From Octopus vulgaris (Eukaryota): a stretch of 64,000 bases of DNA. The translations under genes and the position numbers were made by a program. The stretch covers positions 110,112,001 through 110,176,000 of the forward strand of contig OX597816.1 in NCBI GenBank assembly GCA_951406725.2, in the 5' to 3' direction. Within the stretch, counting starts at the first letter, position 1. The number at the start of each line of letters is the position of its first letter. Under the pieces are notes generated by a model that ran no database searches, was not told where the DNA came from, and was given only the letters and a program-made list of their open reading frames with translations. Positions 43,033 through 57,777 of this stretch are shown here, one piece after another.

Positions 43033-44910
43033 TAATAATAATAAAAAAAATACTAAAAGTAGATACAGTTAAGTTAGCACCAAGTCCATCCTTTCAAGAT
43101 CGAAATAACTATGAGTTAAGAAATGCTGACCACTAGGTAAAGAAAATTTAGATTAATTCGATTGGCTATTGGTTTGAAATTTAAATCACAAAAGAAAATT
43201 ATACGGTTGGTTAGTCAAGGAACGCCAATATTCACACACGCATCTACAGATCAATCGCACATACACACATAGTTATATGTATATACATACACTTATACAC
43301 ATACAAAATCACAAGCAACAACTAGCACTTAGATAAACAAAAAAGGGAAGCAACTATGCTAACATTTAGTCCTTCAAAATTATAACTGAGCCTTAATAAC
43401 AAAAAAAGAACCATCCATGCATTCTATAAAATATTTAATTTAGATATAAATATATTTTTAAATATCAGTATGTTACTAATTCAGATAATTATTTCATGGG
43501 TAACTTAAAATTTATAACACCGGTTTGTTACAGAGTAAACATACGGTTGTTAGGTTTATCGTAAGTTTGTTATGATTTTAAGTACGCTAAATTATAAAAT
43601 ATAAAATATAAAATATATATTAATTTAAATATTATAAATAAGTCACTTACTAACTTAATAAATATAGTGCCATAATATACCAGTTTAGGCATTAAAGAAT
43701 AGAAGGGGAAGTATTAATGTAAACGCTTATGAGAACATCACAGAAATTTTAAATAAATTTTATATTATAAAGACTTAAGATGAAAAGAGATAAAATAAAT
43801 AAAAAGGAATAAATACGAAGGAATAAATACGGTTATACACATAATTATAAGTACAAACTAGTATATATGTATTCATATATTATTAAAATTAAATACAAAT
43901 AAATGATAGATATGTATGTATAAAACTACACCAGTATAAGTAAATAAGTAAAAAATAAATAGGTAACAAATTAGATGACTTGATATGTATGTAAACATCT
44001 ACACTTAAATAGGCAAATAAATAAATGAATAGAAGACTAGATGCAAAGATTGATAATATTACAATAAAATGGGAAATAAATAAAAATAAATAAAGTGAAT
44101 ATATATATTTTATATATATTTTATATTGTTGAAAGTAAATATGTATGGAAGGATAGTTTAAAGTACAGATCCAGAGGACTATAGATATAAACTAAATATA
44201 TGAGGCTGGTAATAATTATAAAGCAAAATGCATGTAAATGAGAAAATGAAAAAAAGAAAAATGAAAAAGGTTTATCAGTGAATAGCATAAGATACAAATT
44301 AAGGTGAGTACAAAAAGACCAAATATATAATAAAAACCTTCCAAATAAACACATACAAAAAACCTATAATCTCAACCTAAACCCACCAAACTCACAAAAG
44401 GCTCTCATATATTACATATTATACAATATCATTACATTATCTAGAGCTAGGTATCTAACCAAGATATACATATATACTATGCAATATACTATGCAATATT
44501 GGAAAACTTCAAAAATCACACATTACAAGGCAAATACCAAAATGAATATGCTATTTTATGTCATATTGCATTTCTCTTAAAAAAACAAACAAAAACCCAC
44601 ATACAAAAATCAAGAAACCAATAATACTAGACACATCCATTAATTATTATACAAATGTAGCTATAAAAATTATAAAATTATGAAATTTATAAATTGTATA
44701 CTTTAGAATTATAGAGGACCACAGGTATATTTAGTTAAAGAAGGGAATTAAAAAATTAATAATAGTGGAAGTGCTAAGTTCTATTTGAATCTAGAAAAGG
44801 TGAACGGTAGCCTATGAATACAAAAGAAGTTTTTCTCATTAATGTTATTAATAATTTGCCGACCCGCTTTAATAATGAAGAAAATTTCATTAATACATAG
44901 AGAGCAAATT
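42340..44910 (-). mobile_element. 5'-truncated PLE of a second type: last ~42 codons, ~2.1 kb AT-rich 3' region, then HHR
   Basis: 44781-44909 minus reads ICSLCINEIFFIIKAGRQIINNINEKNFFCIHRLPFTFSRFK* (CxLCxxE...N..E....CxH); HHR at 42541-42655; TA-rich repeats on both flanks. Confidence 0.65.
42541..42655 (-). ncRNA. Hammerhead motif with long stem II
   Basis: cu-CUGAAGA-ggccgugggg...ccucauuua/uaaaugagg...ccucacugcc-GAAAC-AGCU-GUC-ag; stem I weak. Confidence 0.75.
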
Positions 44911-44961
44911 TATATATATATAGATATATATATATATATGCATATATATGTATGTATGTAT

Positions 44962-45250
44962 TTAAAATAAAAAATAAGGGTGAAAAAATTGGATATTAAT
45001 TTAATAACACTAATTTAACACCAAGTGGTTTAGCGCATAAAAACGGAGATTCAGTAAATATTAATACACAAATATAAGAGAGAATCCACTATGTAGACGC
45101 TCTTGCGTTAAAAATAGATCCGCAATGGTCTCAACCACTAAGAATTGTTCTCAAGAAAAATTAGCACAACTATGAACGTAAGCGAGCAGGACAAATGAAA
45201 AATAAAAAAAAAATGTAGATTAACCCTAGACAATTGTTTCACTGTTAATA
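44962..45250 (-). mobile_element. PLE 3'-tail fragment with half HHR
   Basis: Minus strand GAAAC-AAUU-GUC at ~45230-45241; AAGGGT.A...CCAAGTGGTTTAGCG resembles 4931-4970 and 1740-1785. Confidence 0.55.
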
Positions 45251-45659
45251 AATTATGCAAATTTACTTACACAATCTCATGCACGCACATGTATTGGCTT
45301 ACATGTTGATATTCACTGTAACCAGTTGGATTCAAAAGTTAGTGGTTGATAGTGGTGATGATGTGGGTTGCATTGGCTTATATATTACTGATGGTGGGCG
45401 TGCACTGTTGGTAGTACGGTGGTCATAATATTCTTGCTAGTTATATTGTAGTTATTTAGTCACAAGTCGATCCTATTAAACCTAAGTTCAAAGACATTCC
45501 ATTCAACTACTAAAATACATTACGCTACTACACTATATGTCTTTATTTAGAATGGATTTCCCGATAAACTTCATAATATGTATTACTGTCGTGGTAAGTG
45601 GTTGTGTTCGCATCGAGGATAAAACAAGCACGCAACATACATAAATACATACATGTTCA

Positions 45660-45724
<65 letters not shown>

Positions 45725-46179
45725 TTATATATATTCATATTATGTACGTTATATAGTCACGTGTGTATGTGTGAGACGTATGTGTGTGCATGTATGTATG
45801 GAATGTATTGATAGTTTTTCAAAGCGTTAACTACATACTTTGATCTTCACTAAAACATGAGTGGTCATTAAGCTTAGAAGAAAGTGTACTTTTAAATTGT
45901 CAACAAATTTAAAGCTACCTAATATGACTTTCCGTAGAACGAAATTACAGACTGTATCCAGAAATCATTAATCGGACTATAAAATTTCAGTAAGTGCAAA
46001 AGACCGTGACCAAAGGGCACCGTTACACGGGGGTTGTGTATACCTACATGCATACATACACACACACGTATATATATGTGTATGTATATATATTTATATA
46101 TTTATATATATATATATACATATATATATACACAGACAGACAGACAGACAGACACACACACACAAACACACACACATAT

Positions 46180-46433
46180 ATGAGAGGTATTGGTATCTAG
46201 ATGACATAAAGACTGTCGGGTAACGTTAAGTAAGTACTATGGATATACCATGGTTAAACTCTTGTTTCGATACTGAAATGAGTGAAGTGGCTAAAGTGGG
46301 TCTTGTATTACCATACATATATGTATATTAGAGAGATTGAGATAATAAATCCAAGGCTGTGAGGAGTTTTCAGGATATTTGTAATGCAATAGACTTACAG
46401 CTGTTTCGGAGATATTATGGATGTTCCTTCATC

Positions 46434-46434
<1 letters not shown>
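46180..46434 (-). mobile_element. Short HHR-terminated fragment between microsatellites
   Basis: 46391-46434 minus: UGAUGA-agga...ucc-GAAAC-AGCU-GUA; truncated at C3 by (TA)n. Confidence 0.65.
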
Positions 46435-46498
<64 letters not shown>

Positions 46499-46610
46499 AC
46501 AGTGTCTTCAAATAAGGGAAGATAGAATAGACGATATGTATATATTTATATATCTATATTATATGCTGACACAGCTGTATATACGTAGTATGTACACACC
46601 CACATACACC

Positions 46611-46667
<57 letters not shown>

Positions 46668-46719
46668 AAGCGTAGATATATGTATACAAGAATATATGCA
46701 TACGCACAATTATACACAT

Positions 46720-47925
46720 ATCAGTAAAGCAATCGACAGAGTTGACTATAATATCGTACTATCAAAGTTGACAAATTTTGGAATCCGTGAAAAACTTCTA
46801 CACTGGATTGAGTATTTGGTGGAGAACAGAACAGACGTTGTGATCGGTGGAATCTACTCAAGCCCAGCAAAAGTCAACGGCGGTGTCCCTCAAGAATATC
46901 TCTTGGGCCCGATCCTCTTTATAATCTATATGAATGCCCTTTCAGCACCATAAAACACAACAAAATGAAAATATTCGCTGATGACTGTAGGCTTCAGAAA
47001 ATTAACAATGAAGAAGGAGACCGAACTCAACTCCAGTTTAATGTACATGCTGTGATCAATGGGCTGAAAAACCAAAATGTAACTGAACGAGGGAAAATTG
47101 AAGCTGATGCATTTTGGAAAAAAAGAACAATGCTAAAACAGACATACTCTCCTCCTTCACGGCAACCTCTCACAGCATCTAATAATATCAAAGACCTAGG
47201 AGTAATTGTTGATAACAATCTCAGTTGGAGTGCCAACATCAACAATAAGGTCGATATAGCTCGTAGGATGAGCTCCGGGATCCTAAGAACATTCCGGTCC
47301 ATGGAACAAGGTGTCATCCTTCCACTTTTCTCCTCCTTTGTACGGCCACACCTTGAAAACTGTTCTCCCCTGTGTTCTCCCCATCAAAATAAAGCATCTC
47401 GAAAATTGAATCAACCCAGAGGTCATTCACTAAAGGAATTAAGAACATGACTGATTACTCGATTACTGAGACAGCCTTAAAGCATTGAAACTATATTCTC
47501 TCCAGCTCCACCGTGAGCGATATATTATTTGCACGATGTGGAGAATAAACCACAAGCATTGCTCAAACGACCTCATCATTAGCTTCAAAGGCTAGGACTA
47601 CGGGCCATATGTCCCCTACCCAATTCAGGATCACAACGCATAAAACACTGCAACACAATTTCTTTACCTCAACAGGCCCTGGCCTGTCTAACATTGTTCT
47701 GAAACAGATTAAAGAAGAAAACGATCCTACTACATTTAAACGGAACCTGGAAAAACGTCTTCAAAGAATGCCAGATAAGCTACCTATATTTGGATAAAAC
47801 TCAGTCAACAAGAACTACCTACTCGAATGGACCATGATACTACAAAACTTGACTTTAAAAGCATTTAGATAATCTCATCAGGTGGTGCTATTAAGTTAGA
47901 CATGGCCTAGACCAAGTTTTGGAAG
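46720..47925 (+). mobile_element. 3' portion of a CR1/L2-group LINE reverse transcriptase
   Basis: SKAIDRV, LLHWI..L.NR, GVPQ..LLGPILFIIYMNAL, KIFADD, KDLGVIVD..LSW, FVRPHLE; stops and frameshifts. Confidence 0.88.
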
Positions 47926-49941
47926 ATTATACTTAGAAAGTAGATATTAGTTTGTCTTATAAAAATTCTCGATATTTGTAATTTAATGAAGATTCGATTT
48001 TGATTTAACAATTTTCCATCATCATCGATTTACGTACGCATATAATCATATAAAATCCGCAGACTCATGTATTAAATCTTGCATATTTATATTTTTCCAT
48101 TATATGATATTGGTTCAAATATAATATTAACCTTTTTTCCCACAGTTTATTGGTGATCTATAATATAAAATGAGAATAGCAGATTTTAGTTGATCGCCTT
48201 ATTTAACTTCCAGACAGCTATTCAGCAGAGATGCAAGTACTGGTCATGTAATCTGTCAGAGAAATAAACTTTACGGCATCATATATACTGAGGAAGTCAG
48301 ATGCCTCGGTCGTTCTTCTAGAAATAAAAACCAACTCTCCTTGGCATCAGTCTATTCTGCCCTAAAAAGAAACAATTTATTGAATATTTAGTTATTCAAT
48401 CTGTTAAGTAACATGTAATAATCTTATACGTGAAGCTTTTAATATAGTATCTGTTGATTCAGAACTCAAATGAAAGTGAGCAACAAGTCCAGCTTCCAAC
48501 CGCATTGAAATATATAACCATATACATACTGAAAAATAGTTACTCAGGAAGTTACTATTAATCCAGCCTCCGAAAAACACTGGTGCTTCTGTGTCACTCA
48601 TTCTTATATTATTATACTATATTAGGCATTTATGCCTGTGTAGTAGTAACATATGTCGCGCATCAAGTAAAACTCCCCGACCATACCCAGAATTTCTCTT
48701 CATAAATATATAACAATAACATCGTTTCTTCCTAATTTGCTTCCTGAGCTGCACCCTCATGCCCACGTCATTTATAAAAATAAAAATAAAGACACATACG
48801 AAGTCTTACATGTCATACCGCACTTAGAGTTTCCTTTCATCCTAGGAAAATGAATTTTCAGCTCATAAAATATTATGAAAGGTACACTTGATGGTTCTGC
48901 TCTTTTGTCTAAGCTTTGCTTGTTAATACTTTGTCGTTTTACTTTTAAGACAGCCAGATGTGCTTATTTCAAAAGCTTTCTGATAATTTCACCATGTTTT
49001 CGACAGTATTGAACTGGCACTTTTATGCATTTGAGGAAATTATTTTCTTGCATGTTGCAACAAAATTTTAAAATAGCAATCATATTCGAATTGAATGTAT
49101 ATTGCGTGGAATAGGTTTCCATAAGGATGTTTTGAAGTTAAGGCAATAGAACAATTTTGATGTAATTTTATTAAATTATGTAACAAATGTAATAAACTTC
49201 CCTCAAGTTTAATACTACAATTTCTATTAAATCAGATTAAATATAAGAGACTAAGCGTCTCCGTGGAAAAACAAAACGTAACCGAATCATATGATTCGTG
49301 CAAAATCCGGGATAAACTGATTAATTACTACTCAAGTGACCAGAAACATCGTGCGTACACACACACATGTGCACACACGGACACACACGCACACACAACG
49401 TAATTATACGAAACAATAAATCTGAAGCATTATTTTGATATGCTGTCAAAACTGTATTAATAGAAAGAAAACAGTAGTATCAGCCTGTCTTGATAAAAAG
49501 AGCAAAATGTACTTAAGTAGACTCATTTGTACTATGCTTGTTATTAGTATTGATATCGCGACATAAATGGTAGTGGGATGAAAAGCACACACATATACAC
49601 ACACACACACTCAAACACACATATATAGAGTCGTTTATCTGTATGTATCTATGTATGTGTGTAGTGTATGTATGCATACATGTATGTATGTAATGTGTTT
49701 ATGTAGTGTATATATTTAGCGTATGTATGCATGTAGTGTATGCAAGTATATATAAAGATACTACGTGTATATATGATGAAGGGAGACAGAGTTACAGAGT
49801 GAGGGAAATAACAACAACACTTTTCTCCAGATATCAACACATATGTTCCCATTTAAAACTTTGTGATATTAATAATTTTAAAACATAATTTATTCAGACA
49901 ATTTTGGACGCTTTTAAATTCTTAGAGATAGATGCATTATG

Positions 49942-50602
49942 CGAGATGCGTTCAGAAAGTCACTGACTACACTTTTCACCGCCAAACTTAATGCTGCGTT
50001 TACAAAATCGGTTGGGTGGGAGTTCACGCCGCCTTCCTGCGCATAGCTGACAAATTTTGTCTGAGTAGGCCGCGTCAGTTACCGGCTGTTACGCTAAGTG
50101 TACAAACGTGTAGTGCGCGTTCGTTGGATTTTTGAACGCATCGACTAGAGACCAATATGTCATCAGCAGTGATGATAGTTTTCATGAAGTCTGGATCATG
50201 TTTGCATAGTTCGGCATAGCCTGAGCGATTTCTGTGTGGCGTTGCTTGTGCTGTTCCACCATCATCGAAACGAATGTCGCCGACACTCTCCGCATGCAGA
50301 AATCCTCTGTTAAAATGGAATGCACTGATCCTCTGCTCATTCCAAGTTCTTGAGTAATTTCCTGAATTGTTACACAACGGTCTTCTCTGACTGGTCGTCG
50401 AACCTTTTCAATCAGATCGTCGTTTGGGCTTGTGGATGGTTTAATTGATCGTGTCTCCCTCTCCACTGAGATGTGGTCATGTTTGAAAATCTTCACATGC
50501 ACAGGAAGGGCGGCGCCATATTCCACTCACAGGGTTTTGCCCAGGCGGCAACCGTTTTGATATGGAAAAAATAAAATTCGGATAGTTTTTGAACGCACCT
50601 CG
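49942..50602 (-). mobile_element. Mariner (Tc1/mariner) remnant with TIRs
   Basis: TIRs CGAGATGCGTTCAGAAAG / TTTTTGAACGCACCTCG|TA; ORFs 50182-50526 and 50075-50377 give EDRCVTIQEITQELGMSRGSVHSILTE...RRVSA and IITADD (=ITGDE). Confidence 0.85.
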
Positions 50603-51416
50603 TATTTCACAGCCTATGGCTTACAAGGATTCATTGAATGTGACGCCTTGGACACTTGCTAACTGCAAAGATTCAAATGTATGGTCACGACTTGGATGCA
50701 TTTGCATGTGTTTGGATGCCTTTAGATGTGTAACTAATAAATACTAACAGCAATCGTTCCATAATAATTTAGGTAAACTACTTTGATTTATCTTCGTCTG
50801 TATAACCATTTAGTCACTTCATTTTATGAAACCCAACAGTAGACTTTGACATAATAACATGCGATCAAATTATTCACTAGTGTTATTAACATATGTAACA
50901 TAAACCATATTTTCAGAAATAAAAGGAATTTTATGTTTATTAGGTATAATATTGTAAAACCAATTGTATGATATTGTAAAACAAGATGTCTTTATAAAAG
51001 ACATGCACAGAATCCATTAAATCTCTTTAATCCCGAATATACAGTATTAATTCACAAGTAGCTCGTTACCTGGAGTTTAAAATGACCAGATGTACAATAA
51101 ACAGCTGCAGTTAATATGAACACATTATTCTTTAAATTAGCATAAACATACAATGCATCGTGCTGACGAAACATTATTTGTTCAAAAACTCGAGCGAGAA
51201 GAAACGTATTCTTTTTTGCAATATACGATCTCACATGTTATAAAACCATATGTGTCTTAAACAAAAACGCAATACCTTAGTCGCTTGCAAATTGCAGTAT
51301 AGATGTACTTCGTCAAGAGTAACCCAGAGCGAAACGAAAACCAATTCTATTATAGATCTATAGTATTGGCGTTGCGCATCGAACCTGTTAATGGAAGAAA
51401 GAAATAAGGAAAAAGG

Positions 51417-51454
<38 letters not shown>

Positions 51455-53009
51455 GTGAGTGTGAGAGAGACAAAGAGAGAGAATTCCGTTATACTGTACC
51501 ATATTGCAGAAGAAAAGGATATATTGCACAATGTATCTCTGGATGAACTACATGTCATAGCACGAATTAGGTTGATAATAGATTAACTCGACAGGACTTA
51601 AAGAGAGAAAATAGTTATAAAAACAGTGGGTGTGGGCATATTTCACTCATGTTTATTCAATTGTTTGCAAAAGAAAATGAAATGCATATATAATTGAAAA
51701 AACTATTTATTTTAGAGAAATGTGATTGACATTTAAATATGATAGCATTTTCAATAAAAAAGTTGATAAAAGATTTGAGAAGATATGAATTCCTGAATAT
51801 ATTTTAGAATTCAGCAGATTAAACGAAAATGTACATTACAGGGAAAATATACAATTTCGTGAGAAATTGAGTGTTGATTTCGTGCTGTGTCAGAAAGATT
51901 GAAGATGATTTCATAATGCCTCAGGAAAATCAAACAAAAACAAAAAAAACAGCAATCTGATGTAAATGTCAAAAATCATGGCGCTTACATAAACAATGAG
52001 AACAGTTTTAAATAAGCACCCAACAATATCAAGTTGTACAGGCAGGATTCTGTTTCTCTGTTCGTCTTTTTTCTTACCAGCTCACATTTACTCACAGTTT
52101 ATCCAAATGTGAGTTTATATTGTATACACTCACTTATATACGCACAAACATATGTATCCATGTACGTATGTATGTGTCTATAAATCAAGTTCTGGGATTG
52201 GATTCGTTAACGTGACAGACAAATGTGCAGATGTAATGTGCATAAATTTTTTTATACTTACAATCACACATAAATACGAGATACACAAGCATGTATTTGT
52301 ATATACAGAAATAAAATTTTCACAATCTATATACGTTACAAGAAAATAAATATACGCTGACACGTAGACAAAAGGAAAGTTTTGTGGTTTTCATTTATAG
52401 ATTTTAAATGAATAGACAGACCATTTGACACATTTTAAAGAAAATGAAAAGTTTAAGGAGTCTTTTGTGATGAGGAAAAAATTGTTATTGAACTTTGGGA
52501 TTTTAAGATTTTGTTATGGGAAACGAAAAATAAGACATAAATGTACGTTACGCAACAAACTAGAAGCCAACATAAAATTTAAAATATAAAATAACATAAA
52601 ACATTAAAAATGTGCAGCATCATGTTATATCAAAACAAAACTACGCAAGAACCGAACACGAAATCGTAGCAACATAGACAAAAATAAAAGTTTGAAAGAT
52701 TTTAATAAAGATGAGTATAAACAAAGCGAATCAATAGATAAATGTCATGTAAAAGCCGTGAGACTTGACTGTAATAAATATATTTTAGAATTATTGGTTA
52801 TGGAAAGGACACAAAGCTTTTAGCTTGAAACCTAAAATTTGCTGACATTGTGAAACAGATTTAAAATTTACAACTATATACCCTTCTTTTCTCATAATGT
52901 TATGTTGCTTCATGGAAATGAACTTCGGCAATACGCACTCATATAAAAGCACAATTATATACTTACAGATTCGCACACATGCACATAGACATACACACAT
53001 GCATATACA

Positions 53010-54252
<1,243 letters not shown>

Positions 54253-55714
54253 CGAAACGCATATTCTTGTGTTTGTATGCATGGTTATAATATGTATATG
54301 TGTGCGATTGTACTTTTCGAAAACACAAACATATGTCTAACCGCAGCCTTTATTTGACCATGTGTCTGGTTGTGCTTCCATGTATAGTTTAGTTAAATTA
54401 ACTCTCATCTGACGAAGCTGAATGAGAATACAAGGTTGTTTAGTCCTAAGACCACTACCTTGTCTTTATGGTCTTTTAAACTTTATAAGAATATCTGAAA
54501 CGAAAGTGCTTAACCATTGTCGTGCAAATCAGCTTTTACGTGGCAATTGATCACTCTACATTCTGTATATATGAAGATGTATGAAAGCGTGAAGGGGAAA
54601 AGTGGAAGACAGAGAGGGGATACAGTGACTCGGGTTGCAACACAGAGAATAGCCCTTTGAAGAGCATGTGTATTAACATAAAGCTATGGGATTTCTGCAC
54701 GTCCCGCGTGTCCAGAAATATTGAAATCATTCTATATGATGACTGAAGCACTAAGTATGATTGATAGTTAATGTTATCTAATATTCACGTTTTGGTTTTC
54801 TCAAATGAGAGAATTAATCAACAGCACGCTTAATTGGGCTTATTTTCGTGCTGTTTGTTCATACAGTATGTCAGGTAAAATATGTCTAAGCGATGTTTCG
54901 ATTCATCCACATTTGATAGATATTTTAATCCAAACCTAGCCTATATCATCTTCAAATCTAAAATGTGTTTAATGCAATCAGGAATGTCGAGGTTGAGACA
55001 AGTTAATAAGGAAATTACCAACTCTCCTGAGAATTAGAAATATCAAAATTCTACAATTGCATTTTAAGTTGCTTCGTTTCAAAGTCAAATCACTTTGGAG
55101 AATATTTCATACGATCTAGATTAGATTTCTATAAATCATTAAGATCCTACTGTAATCATGGATTTTGTTATAAACATTGACAATACTGAAACCCTGCCGA
55201 TAATGAGTACAACACTTTTGATTATACCCGGCAATACTTCCCACACGTCAGTTAAGTCTGTCTACGTCGGTAAAATTTTCCATTGGAATTTGAGATAAAT
55301 ATCGGGTACGTTATTTTCGAATTTACCCAAATAGCACTGCACATCGTCAAAACAATCGCGCGATATTTAAAGCAATCAAAGATACTTATGGTATGCTTCA
55401 GTGAGCTACCTGAAATACTTAGTAATTAGCTTTATATATCTATAACCCTATTCATATATTATCTATTCATCAAAGACTATTTCATCTGAAAAATACTGCA
55501 CGTGAATAAGAAACTCCGCTATAATTTTACACGGTGAGCTTCCCGGAACAAATTATCTGGACGGACGGCGGACCTGATTTACTTCCTTCTTTTACACTAT
55601 TTTAGCTTAACTAGTTAAGAAAAGGTGATATAATTAACTCACTCAGTAAACCTTCAATAAATAATTTTATTCATCCAGTAATGAGTGAATCGTCACCTGG
55701 TGTTAATGGAACTT

Positions 55715-55773
<59 letters not shown>

Positions 55774-55957
55774 ATGCATGTATACATATGTATATGTATG
55801 TATATAAATATCAATCTGTGCCCTGGCGTGTGCACATATAGCTTACACTTGCTTTGAAGGTGACGTTAATAAATATACTTCTCTGGTTGTCAAAAACTTG
55901 CTATTCGCAAGTGGAATACATAATTATTTATCATCAGAGACCTCAATATGGCTGCAA

Positions 55958-55994
<37 letters not shown>

Positions 55995-55996
<2 letters not shown>

Positions 55997-56382
55997 CGCA
56001 GGAGTGGCTGTGTAGTAAGTAGCTTGTTTACCAACCACATGGTTCCGGGTTCAGTCCCACTGCGTGGCACCATGGGCAAGTGTCTTCTACTATAGCCTCG
56101 GGCCGACCAAAGCCTTGCGAGTGGATTTGGTAGACGGAAACTGAAAAGAAGCCCGTCGTATATATGTATATATATATGCGTGTGTGTGCTTGTGTGCCTG
56201 TGTTTGTCCCCCTAGCATTGCTTGACAACCGATGCTGGTGTGTTTATGTCCCCGTTACTTAGCGGTTCGGCAAAAAGAGACCGATAGAATAAGTACTGGG
56301 CTTACAAAAAGAATAAGTCCCGGGTCGAGTTGCTCGATTAAAGGCGGTGCTCCAGCATGGCCACAGTCAAATGACTGAAACA
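55995..56382 (+). mobile_element. Full-length type A SINE inserted in (TA)n
   Basis: GGCGCAGGAGTGGCTGTGTAGTAAG (A box)...GGTTCAGTCCC (B box), CATGGGCAAGTGTCT; (TA)n on both sides. Confidence 0.9.
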
Positions 56383-56644
56383 ATATATATATATATATAT
56401 ATAGAGTAGACAATTTTTGTGGCATATACATAAATATTCTCTTGATGATGTAATATGTTTGGAAAAATGTATAGCATTGAAAAGTAAGGAAGGATTAAAA
56501 TTATGGGGAAAGTGTAAGTTAAAGGAGGAAGATGGTAGAAGATGGGCTGGCAATAAAAAAAAATTGTTTTGAAAAACATTTTCCAGACTGCACTTTTGTT
56601 GAATATATTTTAATGGGGAAATGAAACTGCCATTGCTCAAGATT

Positions 56645-56975
56645 TTATGATTCCGTCGGAATGTCACTCTGTCAGTTACAATAACAAAGTTCCTAGTTGA
56701 TTCGGTCAATGGAATAGCTTGCTTGATAAATTAGCGTGCAAGTGGCTGATGACTCCACAGACACGTGCACCGTAAAAATTATTCTCAGGAAGATTCAGCC
56801 TGACACAGACTATGACAAAGCTGGCCATTTGAAATACAGGTACAACTAATTTTACCAACTGAATGGACTGATGCAACGTGAAATAAAGTGTCTTGCTCAA
56901 GGACACAACGCACCGCTGGGAATCGAACTGATGACCTTACGGTTGGCATCGGAATTCCTTAAGCACTAAGCCTTC
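56645..56975 (-). mobile_element. tRNA-derived SINE, type C
   Basis: Minus strand GGCTTAGTGCTTAAGG...AGTTCGATTCCC (A/B boxes) followed by TGTGTCCTTGAGCAAGACACTTTA. Confidence 0.7.
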
Positions 56976-57110
56976 GAATATGCATGTAAATATAAAGTGC
57001 TGGGACTTATATATATATATATGCAAGGAAAATTTTTTAAAATGCAGAATGCTCAAATGAAAGAAAATTTTAATAAAATGAGAAATTGATAAAATATATA
57101 AATATATATT

Positions 57111-57151
57111 TATTCAACCGGTTTTCGTCATTGTATGACTTGTCAAGAATA
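57111..57151 (-). ncRNA. Variant minimal HHR (U3-A8 core) in left pseudo-LTR
   Basis: uauuc-UUGACAA-gucau-aca-augac-GAAAACCGGUU-gaaua. Confidence 0.7.
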
Positions 57152-57777
57152 TTTATGTTTTAAAAAGTTTTTTTAAAAATTAGAAAGGGGAAAAAAAGAA
57201 AATTGCATTGTTTTTCCAAAAGAATAATGATAAAAATGTACAAAAATTAAAAAATAAGTACTCCGATACATTGTGAGTTCGTTGTGTATCTTGAGTTTTA
57301 TGATTGTTCACGAAAAAATTACCTTGAGGTATTAAGATCCAAAGGGATTAAGAGCATGTGTTGTGTGGTTTAATTCAGCATGTTTGCAGGACAGGAAGTA
57401 GTAGTAATTGTGGTTCTTCAGTTCCTGTGTTGTGAGTAAGGGGAGACTACTCTTTTGAGTTCTTCAATAAGGGCTGTTGGTAAAACCCAAATTATAAAAT
57501 TATCATTTTAGCTTCATTTGCGTTATCTTTCAGATTTTAACACTTTATTTATATTATTTTCTAATTATATAAATCTGCATAGACAATTACATTTCAAATT
57601 GTCATATCATTTATAATAAAAATGATAGTAATAACAACAATAGTAAAAATGATATTTAAAGAATATAAGTTTTAGCTTGAAGTGATGAATGCATGGTATC
57701 TTTATATATTTGTGTTAGTCCATCCATGAAGAGTGAGGTAGAGAAAGGAAGTTTGATCAACGAGGAGTTTGCATATT

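Noticed and set aside
54409-54510. CUGACGA...GAAACGAAAGUG hammerhead candidate
   Set aside because: Cleavage triplet GUG, non-palindromic loop and no clear stem I.
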